Source of the DNA: Verrucomicrobiota bacterium
Lineage (GTDB): Bacteria > Verrucomicrobiota > Verrucomicrobiia > Limisphaerales > Palsa-1400
Length of the DNA stretch: 64,000 nucleotides
NCBI GenBank assembly: GCA_049510745.1
Contig: JBEKYR010000004.1
Location: forward strand, 1-64,000
Reading direction: 5' to 3'
Shown here: one piece after another, positions 26,353-36,857 of the stretch
Layout of the letters: the number at the start of each line of letters is the position of its first letter
Position numbering within the stretch: the first letter of the stretch is position 1
The notes under the pieces: generated by a model
Database searches by the model: none
What the model saw: only the letters and a program-made list of their open reading frames with translations
What the model was told of the DNA's origin: nothing
Position numbers and translations under genes: made by a program

Positions 26353-29259
26353 ATGACAGCCGAAGAAAAGATCAGCCCGCCGCAACCCAAGCCGATTGTG
26401 CTCTGCCCGTGGCTGGTGTTCGTGGCGGCGCTGGCGCTCTTTGGAGTGATGCTCAATCATTGGGTGACGCTGGCCAGCCTGCCGCTGGTTTCGCAAATCA
26501 CGGGGTGGGACTGGCATCCGCTCCCGCTGCCCTGGCGGCCGGAGCCGATGGCGCCGCTGTTCCTGGCGCTGACCTGGCCGGTGCGGCTGCTGCCCGCGGC
26601 CTGGCAACCGCTGGCCCTGAATCTCTTTGCGGCGGTCTGCGCGGCGGCGACACTGGGCCTGCTGGCGCGCTCGGTGCGATTGCTGCCCCACGACCGCACG
26701 CGGGACCAGCGGCAGCGCGAGCCGGGGGAATTCGCGCTCCTCTCTGTGCGGACGGCCTTTCTGCCGCCGCTGTTCGCGGTGCTGATGCTGGCCGGGCAGA
26801 GCAATTTCTGGCAAAACGCCGTTGCCGCCAGCACTGACATGCTGGACCTGGCCGTTTTCGCGTTCGTGATCTTCTGCCTGCTGCAGTACCGCATTTCGCA
26901 GAACGACAAATGGCTGCTGGGGATGGCGCTGGTTTATGGGCTGGGAGTCACCAATAATTGGGCGCTGATCGGCTTCTTTCCGTTGTTCCTGATCGCGCTG
27001 GTCTGGATCAAGGGCATCGGGTTTTTCAATTTAAGGTTTCTGGCGCGGATGATGGGGTGCGGCCTGGCGGGCCTGCTGCTCTATTTGCTGATTCCGCTGC
27101 TGGGCAGCCTGGGCGGCGACCATGACAATTTCTGGTCGCTTCTGCACCAGGAATTGGGGGCGCAGAGCTTCGGCCTCAGACTGATTCCGCACTATATCGT
27201 GTTGGTCGCAGCCATGACGACGATCCTGCCTCTGATGTTTGCCGGCGTGCGCTGGCCCTCCTTTGCGGGGGAAATCAGCGCCGCGGGAAACATGCTGACC
27301 CAATTGATGTTGCGCGTGCTGCACGTCGCGTTCCTGCTGCTGGCGCTGGTGACGTTTTTCGATTTTAGATACAGCCCCGGCCTGCGCATGAGGGAGATGC
27401 CGATCGGCTTTTTGACTTTCTATTATGTGGCCGCGCTCGCCATAGGGTATTTCACCGGTTACGTTCTGTTGCTCTTCGGCCGAAAGCCCGCGCCAGGCTG
27501 GGAGAATCTCAGCCCGCTGACAAAGGGCTTCAAGGCGGTGATGCTGGCATTGGTCTGGCTGCTGCCCGTGGCCGCGACCGCCGGGCTTTTTTGGCAGAAT
27601 TTTCCCCGGATTCGGGCCGGCAGCAGCCCGGCGCTGGCGCAATTTGCCGATGAAACCCTGGGCGGGTTGCCGGCCAAAGGGGCAATCGTTCTGAGCGATG
27701 ATCCAGCGCGCCTGTTTTTGCTCGAGGCGACCTGCCAGCGCCGCGGCATCGCCAATCGAAACATCCTCATCGAGACGGCCTCGTTCCCGCACCGGCAATA
27801 CATCCAGTATTTGGCTGCGCGCCATCCCGACCTCAAAAAAATAATGACCCCGCCGGAGCACTTGCGCCGGGTTCTTCCGGCCGAATCCCTGGTCAATTTC
27901 ATGTCGCAAGCCGGCCAACGGCAGCCGATCTATTACCTGCACCCCAGTTTTGGATACTACTTTGAGGCCTTCTACATGAAACCTCACGGCGTCGTGTATG
28001 AATTGAAGAACTTCACCAACAACGCCGCCCAACCGCCCTTGCCGTCGGAGGCCGAGATCGCCGCCAACGAGGCGTTTTGGACCCGGCTGGAAAAGGGGCC
28101 TCTGTTGCCGCTGCCGGAACTGGCCAAATGGGGCGGCAACGCGCAAGCGGTGGCGACCGATTACTCGGTGGCGCTGGACTATTGGGGCACCGATTTGCAG
28201 CGGGCCAATCACCTCAAGCAAGCCAACGCGCGTTTTCGGGAAGCGGTGCGGATCAATCCGGACAATTTCATCGCCAAGATCAACCTGGAATACAACACTC
28301 ACCTGCAGAAAGGGGACCACCGGCCCATCGATTCGGCGGAGTTGCTTTACAAGGCCTTGAGTCTTTACCGCGGCCTGGTGCCTGTTCTCAAGCTCAACGG
28401 GCCGATGGACGAGCCGGAACTGGATCTGCAATTCGGCCAACTTTTGGCCGAAGGCAAAAATTTCCGCCAGGCGGCGGCGTTGTTCGAGCGCCGGCTGGAG
28501 TTGCTGCCCGGCGACGCGGAGGCCGAATTGGCGATGGCCAAAACCTATGTGGACCTTGGCCAGGGGAACAAGGCGCTGGAGTCGGTGCGCCGCCTGCGCA
28601 ACTCCGCCAAGATCAACCCCTGGGAGTTGACCCGCGTGGAAGGGCTGGCTTATGTCGCCAACAATGATTACCCGGCCGCCGAAAAAATATTCCACGACGC
28701 CATCAAGGCCGCCCCGAACGACCCCGGCCGCGTTGCTCTATTGGCTGAGTTCGACCGGGTGACGGCCTATGAAGCGCTGCGCGCACACAAAGAGGCGGAG
28801 GCCACGCATCGCTTCAACAGCGCGCTGACCAATATCAACCTGGAATTGGAATTGTTGGCGGCGCCCACGGCGCCCGACACCGGCGCCTATGATCTGCCGG
28901 AAACGCTGCTGAAGAAGGCGGAAGTGCAAATGATGCTCAAGTCTTACGAGGCGGCCATTGCCACCCTGGATCAGATCATGCAACTGCAATCTTCCAATCC
29001 GACCGCCCTGCTCAACCGCGCCATCGCCGAGGTGCAGCTCAAGAAAACAAAGGCGGCCAAAGACGATTACAAGGCCCTGCGCAAACTTCTGCCCAATGAG
29101 TTGTATGTGGTCGATTACGGCTTGGCGGACATCGCCGCCTCGGAAAAAGACAGCGCGGAGGAGAAGCGATGCCTGCGGCATTACCTGAAAACCGCGCCCG
29201 ACGACACGGCCGAGTATAATCAGGTCAAGCTGCGCCTCCAAAAGCTGGAGGGCCGCTAA
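26353..29259 (+). CDS. Multi-pass membrane protein, DUF2723/TMEM260-like (GT-C type), with C-terminal TPR repeats
   Basis: Roughly a dozen TM segments incl. ALNLFAAVCAAATL, FWQNA, YGLGVTNNW, LYLLIPL; AIVLSDD periplasmic domain; TPR-rich tail. Confidence 0.7.
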   Translation: MTAEEKISPPQPKPIVLCPWLVFVAALALFGVMLNHWVTLASLPLVSQITGWDWHPLPLPWRPEPMAPLFLALTWPVRLLPAAWQPLALNLFAAVCAAATLGLLARSVRLLPHDRTRDQRQREPGEFALLSVRTAFLPPLFAVLMLAGQSNFWQNAVAASTDMLDLAVFAFVIFCLLQYRISQNDKWLLGMALVYGLGVTNNWALIGFFPLFLIALVWIKGIGFFNLRFLARMMGCGLAGLLLYLLIPLLGSLGGDHDNFWSLLHQELGAQSFGLRLIPHYIVLVAAMTTILPLMFAGVRWPSFAGEISAAGNMLTQLMLRVLHVAFLLLALVTFFDFRYSPGLRMREMPIGFLTFYYVAALAIGYFTGYVLLLFGRKPAPGWENLSPLTKGFKAVMLALVWLLPVAATAGLFWQNFPRIRAGSSPALAQFADETLGGLPAKGAIVLSDDPARLFLLEATCQRRGIANRNILIETASFPHRQYIQYLAARHPDLKKIMTPPEHLRRVLPAESLVNFMSQAGQRQPIYYLHPSFGYYFEAFYMKPHGVVYELKNFTNNAAQPPLPSEAEIAANEAFWTRLEKGPLLPLPELAKWGGNAQAVATDYSVALDYWGTDLQRANHLKQANARFREAVRINPDNFIAKINLEYNTHLQKGDHRPIDSAELLYKALSLYRGLVPVLKLNGPMDEPELDLQFGQLLAEGKNFRQAAALFERRLELLPGDAEAELAMAKTYVDLGQGNKALESVRRLRNSAKINPWELTRVEGLAYVANNDYPAAEKIFHDAIKAAPNDPGRVALLAEFDRVTAYEALRAHKEAEATHRFNSALTNINLELELLAAPTAPDTGAYDLPETLLKKAEVQMMLKSYEAAIATLDQIMQLQSSNPTALLNRAIAEVQLKKTKAAKDDYKALRKLLPNELYVVDYGLADIAASEKDSAEEKRCLRHYLKTAPDDTAEYNQVKLRLQKLEGR

Positions 29260-29272
29260 TCCGAAGAACCGG

Positions 29273-30436
29273 ATGCGGGTCATCCACGTCATTACCCGGT
29301 TGATCGTCGGCGGCGCGCAGGAAAACACAGTGGCGACAGTTCTGGGCCTCCAAACTCGTCCCGGCCTGCAAGTCACTCTCGTGGCCGGCCCCACCGCCGG
29401 GCCCGAAGGCTCGTTGGAGTCTTGCTTTGCCGACAAACCCGAACTGCTGACAGTCCTGCCGTCGCTGGTGCGGCCGGTTCATCCGTGGCGTGATGTTCAG
29501 GCCTACTGGCGGCTGGGCGGGATTTTTCGCGCCTCGCGGCCGCAAATTGTCCATACGCACAGTGGCAAGGCCGGGATTCTGGGCCGCCTGGCCGCGCGCT
29601 GGGCCGGCGTTCCTGTCATTGTTCATACCATTCACGGCCCGTCGTTCGGCCCGTTTCAAGGGCCGTGGGCCAACTGCTTGTTTCGCGGGGCCGAACGCGC
29701 CGCCGCCAAAGTCACGACCCATTTCGTGAGCGTGGCCGACGCCATGACGGGCCAATACCTCGCCGCCGGCATTGGCCGGCCGGAGCAATACACGCGCATT
29801 TTCAGCGGATTCGTGCTCGCGCCTTTTCTGGCCGCGCGCAATGACCTCGCATTTCGCGCCCGCCTGGGAATCGCGCCGGCGGATTTTGTCGTCGGGAAGA
29901 TCGCCCGCCTCTTCCACCTCAAAGGCCATGAGGACCTGATGGCGGCCGCGCCGGTCGTTCTGCAACGGCATCCCCAAACAAAGTTCCTACTGGTCGGCGA
30001 CGGCGCCTTGCGCGCGGAACTGGAGGGCCGGGTGCGGGCCATGGGTCTGGCGGGGAATTTCATTTTCGCGGGCTTGGTTCCGCCCGGCGAGATACCCAAG
30101 TACGTTGGCATCATGGACGCGGTGGTCCACCTCTCCCGCCGCGAAGGGCTGGCCAGGGCCTTGCCGCAAGCTCTGGCCGCGCGCCGCCCGGTCGTGTCGT
30201 GCGACTGCGACGGCGCCAATGAGGTTTGTCTGCCGGAGCAGACGGGATTTCTCATCCGGCCGGGCGATGCCGGGGCGCTGGCCGCGCGGCTGGTGGAACT
30301 GGGCGGCGACGCGGCGCTGCGCGAACGCCTTGGGCGGCGCGGCCAGGAATTTGTCCGCCGCCATTTCGCCGTCGAAACGATGGTGGAAAACATTTACAAC
30401 TTGTACCGCCAACTGGCGCCCGCGGAGCCGACGTGA
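29273..30436 (+). CDS. Glycosyltransferase family 4
   Basis: HVITRLIVGGAQ, HTHSGKAG, HTIHG, KGHE and EGLARALPQA motifs. Confidence 0.93.
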   Translation: MRVIHVITRLIVGGAQENTVATVLGLQTRPGLQVTLVAGPTAGPEGSLESCFADKPELLTVLPSLVRPVHPWRDVQAYWRLGGIFRASRPQIVHTHSGKAGILGRLAARWAGVPVIVHTIHGPSFGPFQGPWANCLFRGAERAAAKVTTHFVSVADAMTGQYLAAGIGRPEQYTRIFSGFVLAPFLAARNDLAFRARLGIAPADFVVGKIARLFHLKGHEDLMAAAPVVLQRHPQTKFLLVGDGALRAELEGRVRAMGLAGNFIFAGLVPPGEIPKYVGIMDAVVHLSRREGLARALPQALAARRPVVSCDCDGANEVCLPEQTGFLIRPGDAGALAARLVELGGDAALRERLGRRGQEFVRRHFAVETMVENIYNLYRQLAPAEPT

Positions 30437-31407
30437 ACATCATTGTGGTCTATCCTGCGGCCTTTGTATCCGCCGCGCTGGCCAGCGCCGCCTCGCTCCC
30501 CTTGTGGCGGCGCTGGTGCCGGCAAAGCGGCGTGATCGACGAACCGGGCCATCGGAAAATTCACGCCAGCCCGATTCCCCTGGCCGGGGGCCTGGCGGTC
30601 ATGACCGGCCTGCTGGTTCCGCTGCTGGCCGGGGCGGTGGCGGCCTTTTCCTATTCCCGTTCCGGCGTGGCGGGACTGTTCGAGTACGGGTTGAGCGTCC
30701 GGGCGACGCAGCTTTTGGGCATCCTGGCCGGCGCGCTGGGGATGCTGTTGATCGGATTGCGCGACGACCAAGTGGAGCTCAGGCCGGCGGCAAAGTTCGG
30801 CGGCCAGCTTCTGGTCGCGTTGATCGTGGCCGCCACGGGCGTGCGCATCACGCTCTTCGTGCCCAGTCTCCTGTTCCACTACTGCATCACGGCCCTCTGG
30901 ATTCTCGCCGTCGTCAACGCCTTCAACTTCATGGATAATATGAACGGACTGTGCGCCGGTTTGGGGGCCATCGGCGCGGCGTGGTTCGGGTTGATGGCTG
31001 CCACTCAGGGCCAGTATCTCGTCGGGGCCATCTCGTTCCTGACCGCAGGGGCGCTGACCGGTTTTCTGCCGTTCAATTTCCCCCGCGCCAGCGTTTTCCT
31101 CGGGGACGCCGGCAGCCATTTGACGGGATTCCTTCTGGCGGTGCTGGCCATCCTGCCTCACTATTACACGGCTCATCATCGGAAACCGTTGGCAGTGCTG
31201 ACGCCGTTGCTGGTCCTGGCGGTGCCTTTGGGCGACCTGGTCTGGGTGGTGCTTCTGCGCTGGCGCCGGGGCCGGCCCTTTTACGTCGGCGACACCAACC
31301 ATCTTTCGCACCGGCTGGTGCGGCGCAACCTCACGCCGGCGCGGGCGGTGATTCTTATTTGGGCGCTGGCCGGTCTGGCGGGCGCGCTGGCTTTTCTTTT
31401 GCAATAA
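30433..31407 (+). CDS. MraY/WecA-family undecaprenyl-phosphate sugar-1-phosphate transferase
   Basis: RKIH..PIPLAGG, GLRDD, NAFNFMDNMNGL, FNFPRASVFLGDAGS, DTNHLSHRL; GTG start overlapping the upstream stop. Confidence 0.92.
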   Translation: MNIIVVYPAAFVSAALASAASLPLWRRWCRQSGVIDEPGHRKIHASPIPLAGGLAVMTGLLVPLLAGAVAAFSYSRSGVAGLFEYGLSVRATQLLGILAGALGMLLIGLRDDQVELRPAAKFGGQLLVALIVAATGVRITLFVPSLLFHYCITALWILAVVNAFNFMDNMNGLCAGLGAIGAAWFGLMAATQGQYLVGAISFLTAGALTGFLPFNFPRASVFLGDAGSHLTGFLLAVLAILPHYYTAHHRKPLAVLTPLLVLAVPLGDLVWVVLLRWRRGRPFYVGDTNHLSHRLVRRNLTPARAVILIWALAGLAGALAFLLQ

Positions 31408-33226
31408 CCTCCGTCGATGAAGTGGTGGTCGCGCCGGCAGCAATGGCCTCCGACAACGCCGCCAGCGCCTCGGCCCTGAGGATGGAGCCGACGAGCCGTT
31501 TTTCCTCGAAGGTATTGACCACCGGAACATTCCGCTGCTCGCTGGCCAGCAAGACCGGCAGGGCGTCGAGCAGTTTCTGGCCGGGGCGCAGGCAGGGGGG
31601 AATGGGGCGCATAATGTCGCCGGCGATGATGGCGGTCAGTTCGCTCCCTGCTGTCAAGTATTCCTTCAAATCCTGCAACGCCACCACCCCCAGCAGCCGG
31701 TCCCGCGCGTCCACCACCGGCAGGAAGTTGTTCGCGCTGCTCAGAAAACGCCCGCCGATGTCCGGCAGGGTCGTGGTTTCCCGCACCGGCGTGACCGGCG
31801 CCCGCATCAGGTCGCCGATGGTTTGCTCGGTGGCCGCGCCCAGCCGGGACCCTTCCACCTCCAGGCTGCGCAATTTGAGCGGCTCGGTGTAAACCGAATC
31901 CGGGTGCAGCCGGCGCGAGACCAGGGTGGAGACGGCGCAGCCCAGCATGAGGGCGGGCATGAGGGAATAGTTGAGTGAAATCTCCAGGACCATGACGATG
32001 GCCAGCAGCGGCGAGCGCGTGGTGGCGGCAAAGACGCTGCCCATGCCGGCCAGGGCAAAAATGCCGATGGGCAAATGCGCCGGGGCCAATCCCCCGTGTT
32101 GCAGGGCGATCCCCAGCAGGCTGCCCAGGCCCGCGCCCAGGAAGAGCGTGGGCGTAATCACACCGCCCACCGCGCCCGAGCCGACCGTGATCGCCGTAGC
32201 CACCAGCTTGGCCAGCGAGATTCCGAGCAACTGGTCGAACTTCATCGGCTCCCGGATGATCTGGTTGGTCACTTCGTAGCCGTTGCCCCAGACCTCGGGA
32301 AAGGCCAGCGCGATGCCTCCGACCAGGAGGCCGCCGACGGTCATCCGCGTGTAAAGCAGGGGCACACGCTGGAAGAACTCCTTGCTCACCTGCAGCAGCT
32401 TGAGAAACATCGCGCCCAGCACCCCGGCAAAGAATCCCAGGATCAAAAACCACGGCAGTTGCGCGATGCTGGTGAAGTCAAAATTGGGAACTTCATACCA
32501 TCGATGAATGCCGAAAAAGCTGCGCGACAAGACGGCGGAGACGACCGAGGAGCAGAGCAGCGGCGCAAAGAGGTTCATGGAGAAATTGCCCAGGACAATG
32601 TGCGCGGCGAAAATCGCGCCGGTGATGGGGGCGTTGTAGGCGCCCGCGATGCCCGCCGCCGCGCCGCACGCCACCAGCAAACGCAGGCGATAGGGCTGCC
32701 ACTTCGCCAACTGGCCCCACTTCGAGGCCAGGGTCGCGGACAATTGCGTGATGCCCCCTTCCCGCCCAATGGACGCGCCGGTGCCGATGCTGATGATCGA
32801 GGAAACCGCGCGGACAATCCCGCTGCGAAAAGGCAGGCGGCCGTCGCCCGCCACCACCACCTCCAGGAGGTTGGTCGAGCGTTGCGTTCCGATCAGGCGC
32901 AGGCCCCAATACAAAACGGCGCCGGCGGCCAATCCGCCCAGGGCCGGGGTCAATAATCGCCAGCGCGGGTCCAGCGTCCGCGCCACCTGCACAATGGTCT
33001 GGCCCGGACGGCCCGTCAGGAAGTCCTGCATCCCCTCGACCGAGAGGTAGAAAAGCACGTTGATGACCCCGCCGATCATCCCCACGACACTGGCGAGCAA
33101 AAAGTGGAAGGCCTCCTCGCTGAGCCACAGGCGTTCGCGCACCCGCAACGCTTTTTGCCAATGCTGGCGAAGATAATTGCGGGACGTCGCGAAAAAACGC
33201 TCGATTGTGGCCGGCCGATTCGCCAT
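31355..33226 (-). CDS. ClC-family chloride channel/antiporter with CBS domains
   Basis: GASIGREGG, GAAAGIAGAYNAP, GSGAVGGVITP motifs; C-terminal CBS pair; 3' end overlaps the convergent gene by 53 nt. Confidence 0.93.
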   Translation of the reverse strand: MANRPATIERFFATSRNYLRQHWQKALRVRERLWLSEEAFHFLLASVVGMIGGVINVLFYLSVEGMQDFLTGRPGQTIVQVARTLDPRWRLLTPALGGLAAGAVLYWGLRLIGTQRSTNLLEVVVAGDGRLPFRSGIVRAVSSIISIGTGASIGREGGITQLSATLASKWGQLAKWQPYRLRLLVACGAAAGIAGAYNAPITGAIFAAHIVLGNFSMNLFAPLLCSSVVSAVLSRSFFGIHRWYEVPNFDFTSIAQLPWFLILGFFAGVLGAMFLKLLQVSKEFFQRVPLLYTRMTVGGLLVGGIALAFPEVWGNGYEVTNQIIREPMKFDQLLGISLAKLVATAITVGSGAVGGVITPTLFLGAGLGSLLGIALQHGGLAPAHLPIGIFALAGMGSVFAATTRSPLLAIVMVLEISLNYSLMPALMLGCAVSTLVSRRLHPDSVYTEPLKLRSLEVEGSRLGAATEQTIGDLMRAPVTPVRETTTLPDIGGRFLSSANNFLPVVDARDRLLGVVALQDLKEYLTAGSELTAIIAGDIMRPIPPCLRPGQKLLDALPVLLASEQRNVPVVNTFEEKRLVGSILRAEALAALSEAIAAGATTTSSTEVIAKEKPARPPDRPAPK

Positions 33227-33288
33227 GCGTTGGACACAGTTATGATTGTTCTTGGCGCAAGAGGCAAACCCCTTTTTAATGGCGGGCG

Positions 33289-34167
33289 ATGCGGCCCATC
33301 GTTTCGCTGCTGGTTTATGTGATCGTTGTTTTTCTCGGTGGCGCCCTGCTCGCGCCCTGGCTTTACTGGTTTGCGCAGTGGGCGGCCGGTCACTTCCCCC
33401 CGCTGGCGCGGCTGGCCGCAAACCCGTTCCATCGCTTCCTTGGCCGGTCCCTGCTCGGTCTGGCGCTGCTCGGCCTGTGGCCGCTGCTGCGTTGCGCGGG
33501 CATGGCCCGGTGGCGCGATCTGGGCTTTGTCAAACAAAAGCAGCCGGGGAGGGAGCTTCTGCGCGGCTTCGCCCTCGGCTGGGCGTCGCTGGCGTGCGTC
33601 GCGTTGCTCGCGTTAGTCTGCCGCGCGCGCGCGCTGATCCCCGCTGCTTCCCCCGCCGAGCTTGGCCGGCATTTGCTCAACGCCACCCTGGCGGCGGTCC
33701 TCGTGGCCGTTCTGGAGGAGATTGTGTTCCGCGGCGCTCTTTTCGGCCTGTTGCGCAAGGCCATGCCGTGGCCCGCTGCGCTGGCCGTGAGCAGCGCGAT
33801 CTATTCGCTGGTCCACTTTATCGGAGAGGCGCAAACGGCGGAGCGGGTGCAATGGTTTTCCGGCCTGACGCTGCTGAGGGAGATGTGGCGGCATCCGCCC
33901 CATTTGGTGCCCGCGTTTTTCACCCTGTTTGTCGCCGGGGCCATTCTGGCGCTGGCCTATCAACGCACCGGCGCCCTGTTTTTCTCCATCGGCCTGCACG
34001 CGGGCTGGATTTTTTGGCTCAAGTCCTGCCGTTTTCTCCTCCACTCGTCGAGCGTTGATCAAGCCTTCTGGGGTTCCGACAAGTTGATCGACGGCTGGGT
34101 GTCGCTGCTCATGCTGATTCTCGTTTTCTTCCTGGTCGCATGGCGAAGACGAAGCGAGCCGACGTGA
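33289..34167 (+). CDS. CPBP/Abi-family (CAAX) intramembrane metalloprotease
   Basis: EEIVFRG, YSLVH and IGLHAGW motifs; multi-TM. Confidence 0.9.
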   Translation: MRPIVSLLVYVIVVFLGGALLAPWLYWFAQWAAGHFPPLARLAANPFHRFLGRSLLGLALLGLWPLLRCAGMARWRDLGFVKQKQPGRELLRGFALGWASLACVALLALVCRARALIPAASPAELGRHLLNATLAAVLVAVLEEIVFRGALFGLLRKAMPWPAALAVSSAIYSLVHFIGEAQTAERVQWFSGLTLLREMWRHPPHLVPAFFTLFVAGAILALAYQRTGALFFSIGLHAGWIFWLKSCRFLLHSSSVDQAFWGSDKLIDGWVSLLMLILVFFLVAWRRRSEPT

Positions 34168-34275
34168 TTCTTTTCAGCGCTCATAAACGACTGGAGTTAT
34201 TCTGCGGCCGATTCCTTTGTTCACCGGTTTGCTCCTGGACGATCCCGCGGATGTATGCCCCCTGTGATGTCGATA

Positions 34276-36762
34276 TTATTGCTTCTGCAACTCTGCTTCC
34301 ATCTCCCGGGTCGCACCTTCAGCAAGGTTGAGTGACTGGGACCAGGTTCGGAAGCCTTCGGCCTCGACGGTGAGTAGAAGATCTTCATCGGGCAACAGAG
34401 ACGTCGAACGCCAGCGTCCATCTTGTTGTTTTTCGAACCTGACGTCACCGGAGTCGCCGTTAATCCAGTGCGGCGCCTGCGTGTATGGTTTTCTGTCGTT
34501 CGCATAGGTTGCCTGGCACTTGAAAGCCGAAATAGCACTACCGTCCTCCGCTACTGCTCGAATGAGGAGAATCGGCGCGGTGTAATACATGACGGAGATT
34601 TCATTGGTATCGTGATCGAGAATCGCGGCCGTCATCTCATTCTCGTTCCGCCAGGGGGAATCGTTGGACCAACGATATCGAGTTGATTGGTGTTCGTTCA
34701 CCATAAGAACGATTCGGACATCGGCAAGGCCTTGCGGGACCTTCACCACAATCCGGCCGTCTTGATCGGGACGCCCCTCACCCCACCAGGCTGTGTCGCC
34801 TAACCGACCTGAAACATGCACCTCGTGGGTCTTGTGCGGGTGGCCCTGTCCGTCGAGTTGCTGAATGCCGAGAAGGATATGAGGAACCGCATGGATCTCT
34901 ATGGATTGAGTCGCTTGCCCTGCTTGGATTTGCAGCTTCTGATGCAGGAACACGTCCGAAACCGGATAACGAGTGCGGTCTTGGGCGAGATTGTCCCGCG
35001 GATATTCGCTGATCAATATATGGTAGTCACCGGCCGGAAGCGGCCCGGTGGCGAACTGACCTTGCTCATCGGTGAGGGCGGAACGGGCAAGTGCGTCGGC
35101 CACCGGCATGCCGATTGACTTTTTGGCGGGGCCGCCGGAGAGTTCGGCATTCACCCAGACTTGGCTCACGGGCGAGCCATCGCTGTCGAACACCCGGCCC
35201 GAGAGGCGGACTCCATCTTCGAGCATGAACTGGCCGAGATCCCCGCGTTGCTGATGGATCAGGTGCGTAGAGGGAACGAAATCCTGGGGTAGCAACCACA
35301 GCACTGCTTCGCCGCCTTTGACGACGTTTATATGGAATGAGCCGGCGGCGTCGGTATTAGTGTCCGCGAATGAACCATAGTCGGACATATCTGTTTTGAC
35401 GGCTTTCGAGTATGTCAGCACTTTAACGCCGGCGGCGGGCGTGCCATCCGGGCGCACTAATGTCCCGCTGATGTCTTCCGCAGAAGCCAAGTCAAGATGC
35501 TCGAAAAACGGACGCTCTCCGAGGGATTGGTTCGTGCGAATCATGCTCAAGCTATAACCGTCCCACGGGCGGCGGGCATAGTTCGGGTGCGTGACCTCAA
35601 AATTCAAGTAAGTTGAGCGGTTAGTGGACTGCTCGGGCGTCAAGCCGAAGATGAACTGGCCATTCGCATCGGTCAGATGTTCAGTTTCCTCAAGCACGCG
35701 GTGTTCGGTGGAAGAGGAAATTTCGCGCCGCACCCGCACCGTTGCGCCTTGGACGGGTTCATGGGTGAGTTTATCAATGACCCTTCCCGTGAAGGACAGG
35801 GTATCCGTGACCGCACCCGTCTCTTCCGGCGCGCTTGATCTCTTTTTCATAGTGAGGGCCGAAAGGCCTTTCCTGTTCTGGTCCTGGGCGGGCACGCCAG
35901 CATCCGCGCCAGGGAAGCCATTGGCGGTGGCTGATGGTGACGCCGAATGGGGAGTAAACAAACCCCCGGCACTCACGAAGAGGAGAATTAAAGCCAGCGA
36001 AGCCCCCGCGAGGCCCGCGGCAAACTTCACCTTTGCCCAGTGCCAGGCGCGGAGAGTCTCCCGTGCCAATGGCGGCAGCATCGCGGAAGCAGATGCCGAA
36101 GTCGCTGCCAACGCAATCTTCGTGACGGCCGCGGCCATCGCTGCCGGAGCCGCCTGCACCGTTTTCTCGGCCAATACCCCGGCGAGCGCGACACCCCCCA
36201 GTTTAACACCCCGATGAACCAGAAACTCCCGCATCCTTTCCACAGCCCGGCTGACGCGCTTTTTGGCCGCCTCTTCGCTAATGCCCAGATGCTCACCGAC
36301 TTTGCGCATGGGCGCTTTTTCATAAAATCGCAGCAGAATTGCAGACCGGTCGGTTTCAGAGAGAGCGGCCACGGCCAGATCAAGGTGAGGCGCCAGTTGT
36401 TGCCAGAGGATCTCGTCGTTTTCGGGAGAATTGGGATCGTGGGTCATAATAGTGCAGGCAGTGGATTCACGGCTTTTGCGCCGCTGTTCTGCGCGCCGGG
36501 CATGGGCAGCCACGTGGCAGGTCGTGCGAAAGAGCCAGCCGCCCAGAACGGTGCCGGGACGGATCTCCCGGGCCTTGCCAGCCAGCAGCAAGAAGACCGA
36601 CTGGACCACGTCTTCGGCCAGATGCGGATCGCCCACCTGGCGGAGGGCGACGGAGTGAACCCAGTCGAGGTGGAGCCTGACCAGTTCGGCAAACGCCGAT
36701 TCCGAACGGTTCTTCGCGTAAGCCTGAAGTAATTCCCAATCGCTCATAGCGTGCAATGTCAT
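34276..36762 (-). CDS. ECF sigma factor fused to a TM helix and large extracytoplasmic carboxypeptidase-regulatory-like domains
   Basis: AFAELVRLH...AEDVVQSVFLLLA...GWLF (sigma2), DRSAILLRF...LGISEEAAKKRVSRA (sigma4), Ala-rich linker, TM, repeated GRV.D...P..G...TD..G.F units. Confidence 0.88.
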   Translation of the reverse strand: MTLHAMSDWELLQAYAKNRSESAFAELVRLHLDWVHSVALRQVGDPHLAEDVVQSVFLLLAGKAREIRPGTVLGGWLFRTTCHVAAHARRAEQRRKSRESTACTIMTHDPNSPENDEILWQQLAPHLDLAVAALSETDRSAILLRFYEKAPMRKVGEHLGISEEAAKKRVSRAVERMREFLVHRGVKLGGVALAGVLAEKTVQAAPAAMAAAVTKIALAATSASASAMLPPLARETLRAWHWAKVKFAAGLAGASLALILLFVSAGGLFTPHSASPSATANGFPGADAGVPAQDQNRKGLSALTMKKRSSAPEETGAVTDTLSFTGRVIDKLTHEPVQGATVRVRREISSSTEHRVLEETEHLTDANGQFIFGLTPEQSTNRSTYLNFEVTHPNYARRPWDGYSLSMIRTNQSLGERPFFEHLDLASAEDISGTLVRPDGTPAAGVKVLTYSKAVKTDMSDYGSFADTNTDAAGSFHINVVKGGEAVLWLLPQDFVPSTHLIHQQRGDLGQFMLEDGVRLSGRVFDSDGSPVSQVWVNAELSGGPAKKSIGMPVADALARSALTDEQGQFATGPLPAGDYHILISEYPRDNLAQDRTRYPVSDVFLHQKLQIQAGQATQSIEIHAVPHILLGIQQLDGQGHPHKTHEVHVSGRLGDTAWWGEGRPDQDGRIVVKVPQGLADVRIVLMVNEHQSTRYRWSNDSPWRNENEMTAAILDHDTNEISVMYYTAPILLIRAVAEDGSAISAFKCQATYANDRKPYTQAPHWINGDSGDVRFEKQQDGRWRSTSLLPDEDLLLTVEAEGFRTWSQSLNLAEGATREMEAELQKQ

Positions 36763-36857
36763 TTAATTATGAATTCCCGCCAACGAGAAAAGGGGACACC
36801 TTTTCAGCAGCCAATGATGCCAAAAAAACCCTCAATGCTCCCAGTGCTCCTTTTATT

